Shown one piece after another: positions 1 through 9,412 of a stretch of 64,000 nt of DNA (positions are counted from its first letter, which is position 1; every line of letters begins with the position of its first letter). The notes beneath the pieces are model-generated. The model saw nothing but the letters and a program-made list of their open reading frames with translations, did not search any database and was not told the DNA's origin. This DNA comes from Euryarchaeota archaeon UBA121 (GTDB lineage Archaea; Thermoplasmatota; Poseidoniia; Poseidoniales; Thalassarchaeaceae): the NCBI GenBank assembly GCA_002499865.1, contig DANL01000059.1, positions 5,460 through 69,459 on the forward strand, given 5' to 3'. The position numbers were made by a program, and so were the translations under genes.

Positions 1-1
1 C

Positions 2-1681
2 TTCACCACTGGAGGGGACCTGTCATGGGACTGGAAGGTCAGCTCGATTGAGAGAACCTTCACCACCCCTTGGACAGACGGACTCAAGATATACGTCAAT
101 GGAATCCAGATCGATGCCTCGCAACACGGCGGTTGCATTAACGGTGAATGGTGTGGTGAGGACTCAGGAAGCATGACATGGGCAATGCCAGCCGGTAACA
201 ACACGGTCGACTTCACATTCGACTTCGGAACCGGTAGCGCTGCTGGATCAAGCACTGCTTGGATCGACAACCTGGTTCTGCCAAGCGTAATGACATCATC
301 CAACTATGACCTGGATGATGACAACGATGGTGCGAACGACACAATCGATCTAGACAGCCTGGACCCATGTATCGGACTAGACTCTGACGGAGACGGACTT
401 TCGGACACGCTAGGCACTCTATTCAACGGAACCGCCTGTGATGCCTCGTTGTACACTATTGACGATGACGATGACAACGACGGCTGGACGGACGCAGAAG
501 AGCTAGCTTGCGGAACAGATACCCTAGATGCTACTTCGATGTCGCCTGACAACGACGCAGACGGAATCTGTGATGGCATGGATGACGATGACGACAATGA
601 CGGTGTACTCGATGTAAACGACGCGTTCCCAATGGACTCCAGCGAGTTCTCGGACAACGACGGAGATGGAACAGGTGACAACAACGACACCGACGACGAC
701 AACGATGGAGTGACCGATGGATTGGATGCGTTCCCACTAGACTCCAGCGAGACTTCCGACTATGACGGAGACGGAATCGGCGACAACGCTGACACCGACG
801 ACGACGGTGACGGATGTGACGATGCTAGCGATGCGTTCCCATACAACGTCAACGAGTGCGTGGACACGGATGGAGACGGCCTTGGAGACAATGTCGACCC
901 AGATGACGACGGAGACGGAGTGGCTGACGTTGCTGATCCGTTCCCAATGGACCCAAGCGAGTCCGCGGATGACGATGGCGATGGAATCGGCAACAATGCA
1001 GACACTGACGACGACGGTGACGGAGTAGACGACGCTGACGACGCGTTCCCAATGGACCCAAGCGAGTCCGCGGACCTCGACGGCGACGGACTGGGAGACA
1101 ACTCAGATGCGGATGACGACGGAGACGGCGTCAACGACGGTATCGATGCGTTCCCAACGGACCCGAGCGAGACTGCAGACCTCGACGGCGACGGAATCGG
1201 TGACAATACAGACACCGATGACGACGGCGACGGAGTAGACGACTCTGACGACGCATTCCCATACAACCCAGGAGAGTCAGCTGACTTCGACGGCGACGGA
1301 ATTGGGGACAATGGAGACAACGACGACGACGGCGATGGTTATGCAGACGCCGACGACTGGGCCCCAATGGATGCAAGCGAGTGGCTCGACACCGACGGCG
1401 ACGGAACCGGCGATAATGCTGATGACAACGACGACGGTGACGACTACACAGACGCGTACGAGATATCCTGTGGAACAAACTCACTTGATGCGAACTCGGT
1501 GCCATCCGACTTCGACGGTGACGATCTCTGTGACGCTCTGGACGATGTCGATAACTCAGCCGGAGAAGGAGACAGTGAGACTGAGCTAGGATGGACGAAC
1601 GCAGTCCCAGGATTCCCTGCTCTGCTAGCCGCTATCGCTCTTGTGGGCGCCGCTCTAGTCGGTCGCAGAAAGGAAGACTGA
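2..1681 (+). CDS. Large cell-surface protein with Ca2+-binding thrombospondin type 3 (TSP3)-like Asp-rich repeats and C-terminal PGF-CTERM-like sorting signal (5' partial)
   Basis: Frame is open from nt 2 ([15 protein letters not shown]...) into the 173..1681 ORF, so the gene starts before the window; many DxDxDGxxD motifs; ends VPGF + hydrophobic helix + RRKED. Confidence 0.85.
   Translation, partial: FTTGGDLSWDWKVSSIERTFTTPWTDGLKIYVNGIQIDASQHGGCINGEWCGEDSGSMTWAMPAGNNTVDFTFDFGTGSAAGSSTAWIDNLVLPSVMTSSNYDLDDDNDGANDTIDLDSLDPCIGLDSDGDGLSDTLGTLFNGTACDASLYTIDDDDDNDGWTDAEELACGTDTLDATSMSPDNDADGICDGMDDDDDNDGVLDVNDAFPMDSSEFSDNDGDGTGDNNDTDDDNDGVTDGLDAFPLDSSETSDYDGDGIGDNADTDDDGDGCDDASDAFPYNVNECVDTDGDGLGDNVDPDDDGDGVADVADPFPMDPSESADDDGDGIGNNADTDDDGDGVDDADDAFPMDPSESADLDGDGLGDNSDADDDGDGVNDGIDAFPTDPSETADLDGDGIGDNTDTDDDGDGVDDSDDAFPYNPGESADFDGDGIGDNGDNDDDGDGYADADDWAPMDASEWLDTDGDGTGDNADDNDDGDDYTDAYEISCGTNSLDANSVPSDFDGDDLCDALDDVDNSAGEGDSETELGWTNAVPGFPALLAAIALVGAALVGRRKED
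620..1460 (+). repeat. Intragenic tandem repeat, 8 x 105 bp (35 aa; DAFPxDxSExxDxDGDGxGDNxDxDDDGDG)
   Basis: ga(c/t)gcgttccca-like unit starts at 620, 725, 830, 935, 1040, 1145, 1250 and 1355 (last degenerate). Confidence 0.9.
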
Positions 1682-1698
1682 GCAATCAGTCAACGAAA

Positions 1699-1728
1699 CC
1701 CGGCCCGGGGGCAATCCTCCGGGTCGGG
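1699..1728 (+). terminator. GC-rich 13-bp stem-loop downstream of the surface-protein gene (putative terminator or transcript stabiliser)
   Basis: cccggcccggggg-caat-cctccgggtcggg pairs fully with two G-U wobbles, 17 nt after the stop codon; no poly-U tail. Confidence 0.5.
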
Positions 1729-1809
1729 CCAAACACCCATTCAGTAGTCAAAGAGACTGCGTACACTGGTAATGCTGATAAGTCGACTCAATCAGGAGTC
1801 AATGATAGC

Positions 1810-2196
1810 ATGCCGGGAACTACGAGAGTTGAGATTAGGACATTGAAGGTTGGAAGGTACGTCGCTCTCGAGGAGAACGCCTACAAAATACTGGGTATGA
1901 GCAAATCGAAGCCAGGGAAGCACGGTTCCGCCAAGGCCAGGATCGAGCTGGAAGACATCTTCACAGGTCAGAAGAGAAGCCATGTCGGAACAGTTACCGA
2001 CACCATTCATGTCCCTCTTATAGAGAAAGGCTCGGCCATCGTGACCCACATTCAAGGGAATGAGGTCCATGCCATGGATAACAAGACATACGAGACCCTC
2101 ATCCTCCCCATGGATTCGGAACTAAACCTAGTCTCCGGAGGGGAGATCCAGTGGATGGAAGCTATGGGAAGATACAAGGTGACCAGGGACCACTGA
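1810..2196 (+). CDS. eif5a: Translation factor aIF5A (eIF5A homolog)
   Basis: Hypusination motif SKPGKHGSAKAR and IFTG motif; start trimmed to ATG 1810 (128 aa, typical size). Confidence 0.95.
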   Translation: MPGTTRVEIRTLKVGRYVALEENAYKILGMSKSKPGKHGSAKARIELEDIFTGQKRSHVGTVTDTIHVPLIEKGSAIVTHIQGNEVHAMDNKTYETLILPMDSELNLVSGGEIQWMEAMGRYKVTRDH

Positions 2197-2262
2197 CTCT
2201 GAAAACCACTTCTCAGAGCCTCATTCGTCATGAATCTATAAGCGACTCACCCCAAGCCAAGT

Positions 2263-4626
2263 ATGGGCGATGTCATGGGAGATGTTGAGAAATCAGCCTA
2301 CAGGCAACCAGTAACCGCCTCAGGCCTAAAGGCCATCGAGAATGGAACCCTCACTTGGCTAGACGAGGACATGTACAACAACCTGAACACGGGTGTGTTG
2401 GAGCAATACCTGGAAGAGAAGAACCTTCATGATTCATTCGAGATAAGTCACTGGAATACTAGGAAGGTTCTGATCGGGGTCCTGATAGGTGCTCTATTCA
2501 GCGGAGTCACAGCATACATCGGGCTCAAGATCGGAATGGCGGTCTCCGCGGCATGGTATGTGGCATACTTGCTGGGAATGGCACTGAAGTGGACTCCCTC
2601 TGAGGTCAATATAGCTACTAGCGCAACTACTGGGGCCACGCACGCCTCAACTGGATTCATATTCACATTCCCAGCTATTTTCCTACTCGCCTACTCCGAT
2701 TCATACCGTGTCGGTGACGGATTTCTTATCTCTTCAGTGGATACCCTGCAATTGGCATTCATAGGCATAATTGCATCCATGTTCGCCGGTTTCCTTGGTG
2801 TAATGTACTTCATAATTTTCAGAAGGGTATGGCTGGTTGAAGACCCCTTGCCAATGCCTGGTTTTGAGGCTACTTTGAAGATGCTAGACATAGCTTCGGA
2901 TGTCAGTACGGGTGCCGCAGATGCGGCTAGGGACTCCTTGAAGACTGTAGGGGTATGGACAGTAGCCACTATGGCATTCATGTTCATTATCGACTATCCG
3001 ATAAGATGGGGTAAGAAATTGGCAGGAGCACCAAGCAGTATCGCTGACTGGGTGGCGATGACCCTTTCCGGACAGGACTGGGGACTGGCATCAGTTTACA
3101 CAGAAAGATGGATTCATCAGCCCAGTAAGCTAGAAAACGGATTCGCTCCGTACAACGGGATCACGCCCTACTCCAGCTCAAATCCGTTCTCTTACACCTT
3201 CCTGGGTATCGAACTTAGCCCCACCCTTCTGGCTATTGGTTGGTTCATGAAATTCAGAGTTGCCTTCCTCGTCAATCTAGGCTCAATTGTTGCATGGTTT
3301 TTCCTAGTTCCATTAGTGGTAATCCAAGATGTTCCGGTATACGACCCCTCACTAGGTTCATATGTCAGCATAACCCAGTATTCGGATCCTTCATCTGGAA
3401 TATTTAACCCCACAATCCAGTGGAAGGCATTCTCATCAGTGGTAAGGACGATTGCTATTGGGGCTATTCTGGGAGGAGGAATGTTTGGACTGATCAAGAT
3501 GGCCCCGACATTCATCTCTATCTTCGGAGACATATCCTCTGCATTCACGGGGGAGAGGGGAGACGAGTTCATAGAGAACAAGGGTTGGTATGAATGGCCA
3601 CTCACTCACATCCCGGTCTTCATGGCAATCTCATTCTTCGCAATGATCCTTACATTCCTAGTGGGAGGATTTCCTCTCCTGCCCTCAGCAATTTTCGCCA
3701 TTGTGCTGATATTCACCACTTTCCTTCTAGGGGCAATAGCTGTTAGGGTGATGGGAGAAACAGGCATAGAGCCAGTCTCAGGAACCTCCTTCATTGTGCT
3801 ACTGATGCTTCTGCTGATATTCCTTAATCTGGATGTTGGACTGGACAAGGAGGAATCGGTTCTAATTGCCTTAGTTGGAACCACTGTCTTTGGTTCTGCC
3901 ATCAGCATGAGTGGTACCGTGGTGGGCGATTACAAAAATAGCCTATACATTGGCAACAGGCCTTACCATATCTCCAAGGGCAACATCATGGGAGTTATCC
4001 CAGGGGCAATACTGGGCGCCGCAGTAGCTATTTTCCTGTCCAAGCTATTAGCGGACGGCACAATAGACCTACTAGCCCCCCAAGCGAATGCCTTCGCGTA
4101 CTTCACCACCATACTGGCTGAGGGACAGGGGGACTGGGGAGCGCTGGCTCTGGGATTCGCACTAGGTGCATTTGTCGAGTGGGCCACAGGAATGGGCACC
4201 TCGTTCGGCCTTGGAATGTATTTGCCCACTCCAGCAACCTTCCCAATGCTCCTAGGTGGAGCCGCCAGGGACTGGTGGGAGAAGAGAAGACTACAGCCTA
4301 AGGTGGATTCTATCAGAATAGAGAAAGGATCCCAAGAGGCAGAGAGATCAAGGGCTTTGATGCTACTCTACACATTCATGATAGCCGCAGGGGCACTGAC
4401 CGGCGAGGCGTTCTATGGAGTGGAAGCCGCGATACTCGCCGTTCTCGATGACCAGATAGGGACTAGCCTCTCGAACTGGCCGGCAATCAGACTGGCCGGC
4501 TTCATAATACTCAATGCTATTCTAGGGGCCTTGATCTATATCCTATTCAGTAAAGCCGGAATAATCGGGACCAGTAACGGTCCAAGGGAACCGGATTCCA
4601 AGGTTATGGATGCAGAGCTTGCGTGA
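2263..4626 (+). CDS. OPT/YSL family oligopeptide transporter
   Basis: YIGLKIG, LPMPG, GETGIEPVSG, APQANA and GLGMYLP motifs; many transmembrane helices. Confidence 0.85.
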   Translation: MGDVMGDVEKSAYRQPVTASGLKAIENGTLTWLDEDMYNNLNTGVLEQYLEEKNLHDSFEISHWNTRKVLIGVLIGALFSGVTAYIGLKIGMAVSAAWYVAYLLGMALKWTPSEVNIATSATTGATHASTGFIFTFPAIFLLAYSDSYRVGDGFLISSVDTLQLAFIGIIASMFAGFLGVMYFIIFRRVWLVEDPLPMPGFEATLKMLDIASDVSTGAADAARDSLKTVGVWTVATMAFMFIIDYPIRWGKKLAGAPSSIADWVAMTLSGQDWGLASVYTERWIHQPSKLENGFAPYNGITPYSSSNPFSYTFLGIELSPTLLAIGWFMKFRVAFLVNLGSIVAWFFLVPLVVIQDVPVYDPSLGSYVSITQYSDPSSGIFNPTIQWKAFSSVVRTIAIGAILGGGMFGLIKMAPTFISIFGDISSAFTGERGDEFIENKGWYEWPLTHIPVFMAISFFAMILTFLVGGFPLLPSAIFAIVLIFTTFLLGAIAVRVMGETGIEPVSGTSFIVLLMLLLIFLNLDVGLDKEESVLIALVGTTVFGSAISMSGTVVGDYKNSLYIGNRPYHISKGNIMGVIPGAILGAAVAIFLSKLLADGTIDLLAPQANAFAYFTTILAEGQGDWGALALGFALGAFVEWATGMGTSFGLGMYLPTPATFPMLLGGAARDWWEKRRLQPKVDSIRIEKGSQEAERSRALMLLYTFMIAAGALTGEAFYGVEAAILAVLDDQIGTSLSNWPAIRLAGFIILNAILGALIYILFSKAGIIGTSNGPREPDSKVMDAELA

Positions 4627-4630
4627 TTCC

Positions 4631-5584
4631 ATGAGTCAGGAAGATTCCGCCAAGCCGGGCCATTATGCACTGCTCGCAGTCGCGCTTTTGGCAGTATCAA
4701 GCGCTGGTGCCGTACTCCAGCAGATGGAAGGAGTACCTCCTCTACTGAAGGCTTCATGGAGGATGTATGGGACATCGATAGTACTCATACCGGGCTTCAT
4801 CTATCAGTGGAATAGGATGGAAGAAGGAACCCTTCAAATTAGAGACTGGCTACTGATTTCAATTTCAGCCATGTTCCTAGCTCTTCACTTCGGAAGCTGG
4901 ATTTGGTCCCTAGATCATACTAGCCTAGTCCATAGTCTACTTTTCGTGACTAGCCATCCACTGGTAGTAGTCGCATTAATGCCTCTCATCGGGGCAACTG
5001 TGAGAAGAGGACATGTATTTGGTGCAGTCATAGGTTTTCTCGGGGCATCCATAGCCCTACTAGAAGTGGAGAGTAACAGTCAAGTGACCTTGATTGGAGA
5101 CGCCGCGGCTTTCCTTGGTGCCGTCACTGTGGTTGGGTACCTAATGATTGGAAGGCATCTCAGGTCTTCTAGAAGAACTCCGGTATTCATCTACGCATTC
5201 CCAGTCACACTATTGGCGGGACTAATGCTTACGATAGGATCTGTCTCTTTAGAGGGAACGGCCCTAACCTCCGCCACACCCGAACTAAGTGCATTAGGCT
5301 GGATGGATGCTGTATGGCTTCCGTGGATAGCATACCTGTCCCTCGGACCAGGGCTCTGCGGACATACCGTCATAAACACAGCACTAAGGTGGATTTCTCC
5401 AATTGTGGTATCTGTTGCTCTGATATTCGAACCAGTCATTGGAGGGGCGATCGGATGGGCGATAACTGGAGAGGCCTATATCGGAACATGGACACTTATC
5501 GGTGGTCCATTAATGCTAGTGGGGGCAATAATGGTAACCTTGGAAGAGAGTAAAAATACGCAAAATACAGACACGCATTCATGA
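4631..5584 (+). CDS. DMT/EamA family transporter
   Basis: Two EamA-like halves (FLALHF..WIWSL..TS; GH..IN..L..ISP..VSV..IFEPV), about 10 TM helices. Confidence 0.85.
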   Translation: MSQEDSAKPGHYALLAVALLAVSSAGAVLQQMEGVPPLLKASWRMYGTSIVLIPGFIYQWNRMEEGTLQIRDWLLISISAMFLALHFGSWIWSLDHTSLVHSLLFVTSHPLVVVALMPLIGATVRRGHVFGAVIGFLGASIALLEVESNSQVTLIGDAAAFLGAVTVVGYLMIGRHLRSSRRTPVFIYAFPVTLLAGLMLTIGSVSLEGTALTSATPELSALGWMDAVWLPWIAYLSLGPGLCGHTVINTALRWISPIVVSVALIFEPVIGGAIGWAITGEAYIGTWTLIGGPLMLVGAIMVTLEESKNTQNTDTHS

Positions 5585-5600
5585 ACTATCTGCCTGTCGC

Positions 5601-6533
5601 ATGCATGTGAAGAAAGTACACCTCCTTGTTACTAACGATGATGGAATAGATGCAGAAGGACTAGTTTCACTAGTAAAGAGGTTGCACTCGAAAGGACATC
5701 CAGTAGTGGTACTCGCTCCTCAGAACGAGCAGTCTGCCACTGGAATGAAGCTGACTCTTTCAAGTGGAATGCAATTCACAGAGAGAAAGGACCTCTCTGA
5801 AGCTATCAAGGTAGAGGGCGGTCCTCCGCTCAGAATGTTCTCCCTAGATGGTAGCCCTTGTGATTGTGTCATCGTGGCGCTCGAGGGAGGACTGAAATCG
5901 TGGGCACCAGAAATAGATCCAATGCTTTGTATATCTGGAATCAACCACGGCCCCAATCTTTCTGTCGATGTACTTCATTCGGGTACAGTATCCGCCGCCA
6001 GAGAGGCATCCCTGTACGGGATGCCATCGATCGCCACCAGTCTAGCGACATACAATCATAGAAACTTTGAGGATACTCTTGAGGTCGTAATGGGGCTGGT
6101 CGCCAAATGCGAAGAATCACTGCCTGCCCAACTTCCCAACTTACTCAGGCCCAACGGAACTGGGAACAAGCCATTTGGCGACGACGAAGGATCATTGTTG
6201 AGATCGGCCTTCCACCATGGGGATATCTTCCTCAACGTGAACATGCCAGAGAAATGGAACGGTTCAGTCACTACAGTTTCATTGGGTGCGAGGTGGTACA
6301 GAAGTGCTTCTGACATGGACCAGGCACCTTCCAAGGGAATAGAATTCGAAGTCGGGGCAGCCACCATAGTCGAGGAGGACATTCCAAGAACAGACTGCAA
6401 TGCCATCAATGACGGAAAGGCGTCGATAACGCCTCTAGGTAGCTGGCCTTCTAACCACCCTCTCGGTATTAGTGAAAGACTGCTAGAGTCTTCCATCAAT
6501 GAGTCCCCAGATGGCCTTCCTTACTGGATATGA
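5601..6533 (+). CDS. surE: 5'/3'-nucleotidase SurE
   Basis: LVTNDDG, GSPCDCV, SGINHGPN and SGTVSAAREA motifs. Confidence 0.95.
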   Translation: MHVKKVHLLVTNDDGIDAEGLVSLVKRLHSKGHPVVVLAPQNEQSATGMKLTLSSGMQFTERKDLSEAIKVEGGPPLRMFSLDGSPCDCVIVALEGGLKSWAPEIDPMLCISGINHGPNLSVDVLHSGTVSAAREASLYGMPSIATSLATYNHRNFEDTLEVVMGLVAKCEESLPAQLPNLLRPNGTGNKPFGDDEGSLLRSAFHHGDIFLNVNMPEKWNGSVTTVSLGARWYRSASDMDQAPSKGIEFEVGAATIVEEDIPRTDCNAINDGKASITPLGSWPSNHPLGISERLLESSINESPDGLPYWI

Positions 6534-7108
6534 GAGTCAATTAGGTGATGTATCACAGAGATGCATGAATGCCCCTGTAGCCAAGTCCTCCCCAGGGACA
6601 ACGAACCGAGAGGCAAATCCACCTCCCGCAAGTCCAAATCCAAATCGTCCGAAAGAACGAATCCACACTTTCCTGCAATGTCGACACTTTCGAAAATGCT
6701 TCCACCAGCATCCAGAACATAGGAATCCACGCCATCAATATTCCATTCCTTAAGGGTCTGGTAGATATCGCCACCGGACTGTCTTATTCCCTTGGAAACC
6801 TCTGTGAAACGTCCGATGGGGGGGACCGGGGTCTTCATCAGGGATTTGAAGTGCCCTGCTATTGATCTCTCATCGGGCCTAACGCCTCTAAGATCGCAAC
6901 CATCGAAGAAAACCCTCCTCGGAATGCCACCACCCATTAGGTGGACAACTATCTGTGTATCTTTCCTTATTCCGTGAGAGATGAATAGCGCAGAATTTAC
7001 CGCCCTCACAAGGACGTCCATTCGTCCGCCATCGCCTGGCAAGTCGTTTAGGTTAAGCTTCCCACTACTGGGCGCCCTATTGCCAATTATGGCAAATCTC
7101 CTTTCCAT
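6521..7108 (-). CDS. trmY: tRNA (pseudouridine(54)-N1)-methyltransferase
   Basis: LNDLPGDGGRMDVLVR, LFISHGIR, PDERS and FVLSD motifs (SPOUT TrmY). Confidence 0.9.
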   Translation of the reverse strand: MERRFAIIGNRAPSSGKLNLNDLPGDGGRMDVLVRAVNSALFISHGIRKDTQIVVHLMGGGIPRRVFFDGCDLRGVRPDERSIAGHFKSLMKTPVPPIGRFTEVSKGIRQSGGDIYQTLKEWNIDGVDSYVLDAGGSIFESVDIAGKCGFVLSDDLDLDLREVDLPLGSLSLGRTWLQGHSCISVIHHLIDSHIQ

Positions 7109-7112
7109 GGGA

Positions 7113-8471
7113 TCACCCCATGCCTAGTTCGGAATCATCGAAGTCCATCATAGACTGCATCTGTCTACGGAACCTTCTGTCGCCCTTCATACCACGCATC
7201 ATCTTCCTGCTCCTATTCCACTGTGCGAGCAACTCTTTGACATCCTTCTCAGTTGCTCCGGACCCTCTTGCTATCCTCCTTATCCTACTAGATTTTAGCA
7301 ACAAAGGCTCATCCTTCTCCCTCTGAGTCATCGAATCCATAATTATCCTGAACTTCTCAAGATTATTCTGCATCTGCCTTTTCTGCCCAGTGCTGAGATT
7401 CCCCATTCCTCCAAACATACTATCTGGCAAGTGTGAAAGCAATTTATCCATGGTGCCAATCTTGCTCATCATCTCCATCTGCGAGTACATGTCAGTAAGA
7501 GTGAATCTACCAGACATCATCCTCTGAGTAATCCTCATGGCTTCATCCTGATCTAAATCTTCAGGTGTGAGATCAATCAGTCCCTTGATGTCTCCCATAC
7601 CGAGTAACCTAGAAATGAAACGATCTGACTCAAACTTCTCAAGATCCTGTATCCTCTCTCCCTCTCCCACGAAGACTATGGGGGCCCCGGTAGCGGAAAC
7701 GGCGCTCAGCGCACCTCCTCCTCTAGCCGTTCCATCAAGCTTGGTGACAATAGTTCCAGTCACGCCTACTAACTCATGGAATGTTTGAGCAACTGGACCT
7801 GCAGCCTGGCCCACCTGAGCGTCAATAACAAGAAACCTCTCAGTTGCATTAGCGATTTCAGCTATAGAAACAAGCTCTTCCCTGAGTGAGTCATCAAGAC
7901 TATCCCTGCCCGCGGTATCAATAATTACCACATCAGAGTTACTGAATTCCTTCAGCCCATTCTTCACGATTTTCGAGGCATCACTCTCACCAGGTTCGCC
8001 ATATACCCCGACGCCTGTTCCCTCTAGTAATTGGCAAAGTTGCTCATATGCTCCAGGCCTGTGGGTGTCTGCCTCTATTACCGAGACTCTGACCCCGTGA
8101 CGTCGTCTCCACCAATCTGCAACTTTGGCAGTTGTAGTCGTTTTTCCCTGTCCGTACAGACCAACCATCAATATTGTCTCATTATGAGGCCTGATATCCC
8201 TTGGAGGGCCCAACATTCTGACTAGTTCAGTGTAGATGATATTCATCGCATGGGTTTCTAGCTTGGTGCCCGGACGTGGCTCTTCCTCAACGACCCTCCT
8301 CTCAACCTTCTCAGTGAGCTCTTTCGTCTGTCTGACATTGAAGTCTGCCTCCAATAGAGCCCTGCGTAATGACTTACTGAGCTCCTTTAGTGTGTCTTCG
8401 TCAATTTCCCTCTTGCCTTTCAGAAGTCCGGCTGAACCCAGAATACGCCTCTTCAAGCCGTCCAGCGCCAT
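7113..8471 (-). CDS. srp54: Signal recognition particle protein SRP54
   Basis: GLYGQGKTTT, DTAGR, TKLDG..RGGGALS; Met-rich M domain with SRIRRIARGSG. Confidence 0.95.
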   Translation of the reverse strand: MALDGLKRRILGSAGLLKGKREIDEDTLKELSKSLRRALLEADFNVRQTKELTEKVERRVVEEEPRPGTKLETHAMNIIYTELVRMLGPPRDIRPHNETILMVGLYGQGKTTTTAKVADWWRRRHGVRVSVIEADTHRPGAYEQLCQLLEGTGVGVYGEPGESDASKIVKNGLKEFSNSDVVIIDTAGRDSLDDSLREELVSIAEIANATERFLVIDAQVGQAAGPVAQTFHELVGVTGTIVTKLDGTARGGGALSAVSATGAPIVFVGEGERIQDLEKFESDRFISRLLGMGDIKGLIDLTPEDLDQDEAMRITQRMMSGRFTLTDMYSQMEMMSKIGTMDKLLSHLPDSMFGGMGNLSTGQKRQMQNNLEKFRIIMDSMTQREKDEPLLLKSSRIRRIARGSGATEKDVKELLAQWNRSRKMMRGMKGDRRFRRQMQSMMDFDDSELGMG

Positions 8472-8502
8472 GTACGCGGGTCACGATAGGGTGGTTTGAA
8501 CA

Positions 8503-9333
8503 TTGTCCGAGGCAGATGGACTCAAATGCCCAGTGCCATGGCGAAGCATGGCTACTGGTATGTGGCAAACCCAAGCCGCTTTCGCCATCGGCATAATCGG
8601 CGTTTTCATCGGATGGAGGGGGTCTATCGCTAAAATGACAGGTTTCTTCGATCTATCCGGCTCAGTCAAATACCTACTCTATGGCATTGTCTCGGGAATG
8701 TTACTGGCCTCAGCAGCCGATACTCTGATACTCTCTGGAATTATTACCGGGCAAGTGAATATCATCACGGCTAGCTCGTATGCGCTTCTGATTGCAATAT
8801 GCGAGTCGGCGTTCGTTCTTTTCCTTCTCGGACGACCGAGAAACGTTGCATTGAGAGCATCTCCTCCATTTGGGTGGACTTTGGGGCTCGGAATCGGTGC
8901 GATGCAATCATCTGTTCTGGCGTTCAGGCTATTCGATGAAGAACTGAACTCATCCTTTTCTGGATTTTCCATGTATTCAGTATCCATCTGCCTCCTGATA
9001 TCAGTAACCGCATGCACGGGGCATGCGGTCCTATCGGCGTATCAAGGTGCGATGATTCTAGAGCCTCGAAGGTTGGGCCCCTTCTTCTTGACTTCTATAC
9101 TCAGGGCGGCGCTGTTAATTTCTCTCATACTTTCAATATACGCCCCTCTGATTCTAGTCGCTCCATTAACTGCAATAGTTGCCGCATGGGCTCCTTCGCA
9201 AGAAAGATGGCTACCTTCAGGACTGACACCAGCAGCCAGACAGGCCTACAGGCGAACAACCAGACAGTCTGATCGTCACAGAATCGCTTCTAGTTCTAGG
9301 ACCAGAGGATCAATGATTGGTGAGGAAGAATAG
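8503..9333 (+). CDS. Hypothetical integral membrane protein (start possibly ATG ~8548)
   Basis: About 7 hydrophobic helices and a basic C-terminal tail; fills the gap between srp54 and trkA. Confidence 0.7.
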   Translation: MSEADGLKCPVPWRSMATGMWQTQAAFAIGIIGVFIGWRGSIAKMTGFFDLSGSVKYLLYGIVSGMLLASAADTLILSGIITGQVNIITASSYALLIAICESAFVLFLLGRPRNVALRASPPFGWTLGLGIGAMQSSVLAFRLFDEELNSSFSGFSMYSVSICLLISVTACTGHAVLSAYQGAMILEPRRLGPFFLTSILRAALLISLILSIYAPLILVAPLTAIVAAWAPSQERWLPSGLTPAARQAYRRTTRQSDRHRIASSSRTRGSMIGEEE

Positions 9334-9412
9334 CCAATAAACCCCATATTGAGGATTTATCGGACATACGTATGGCGCATGATTATATCCATCCGTCCAA
9401 GGGTGCGGTCCA

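Noticed and set aside
620-1460. Regularly spaced repeats as a possible CRISPR array
   Set aside because: The period is 105 bp, in frame, inside a CDS, with synonymous variation; there are no unique spacers and no cas genes.
304-1505. Ser/Pro-rich and Arg-rich ORFs on other frames and the opposite strand (e.g. 304-702, 760-1320, 1131-1505)
   Set aside because: They are shadows of the GAC/GGA-rich codons of the TSP3 repeat gene.
1591-1809. Apparent 73-aa N-terminal extension on aIF5A
   Set aside because: It overlaps the previous gene and the hairpin; family similarity begins at ATG 1810.
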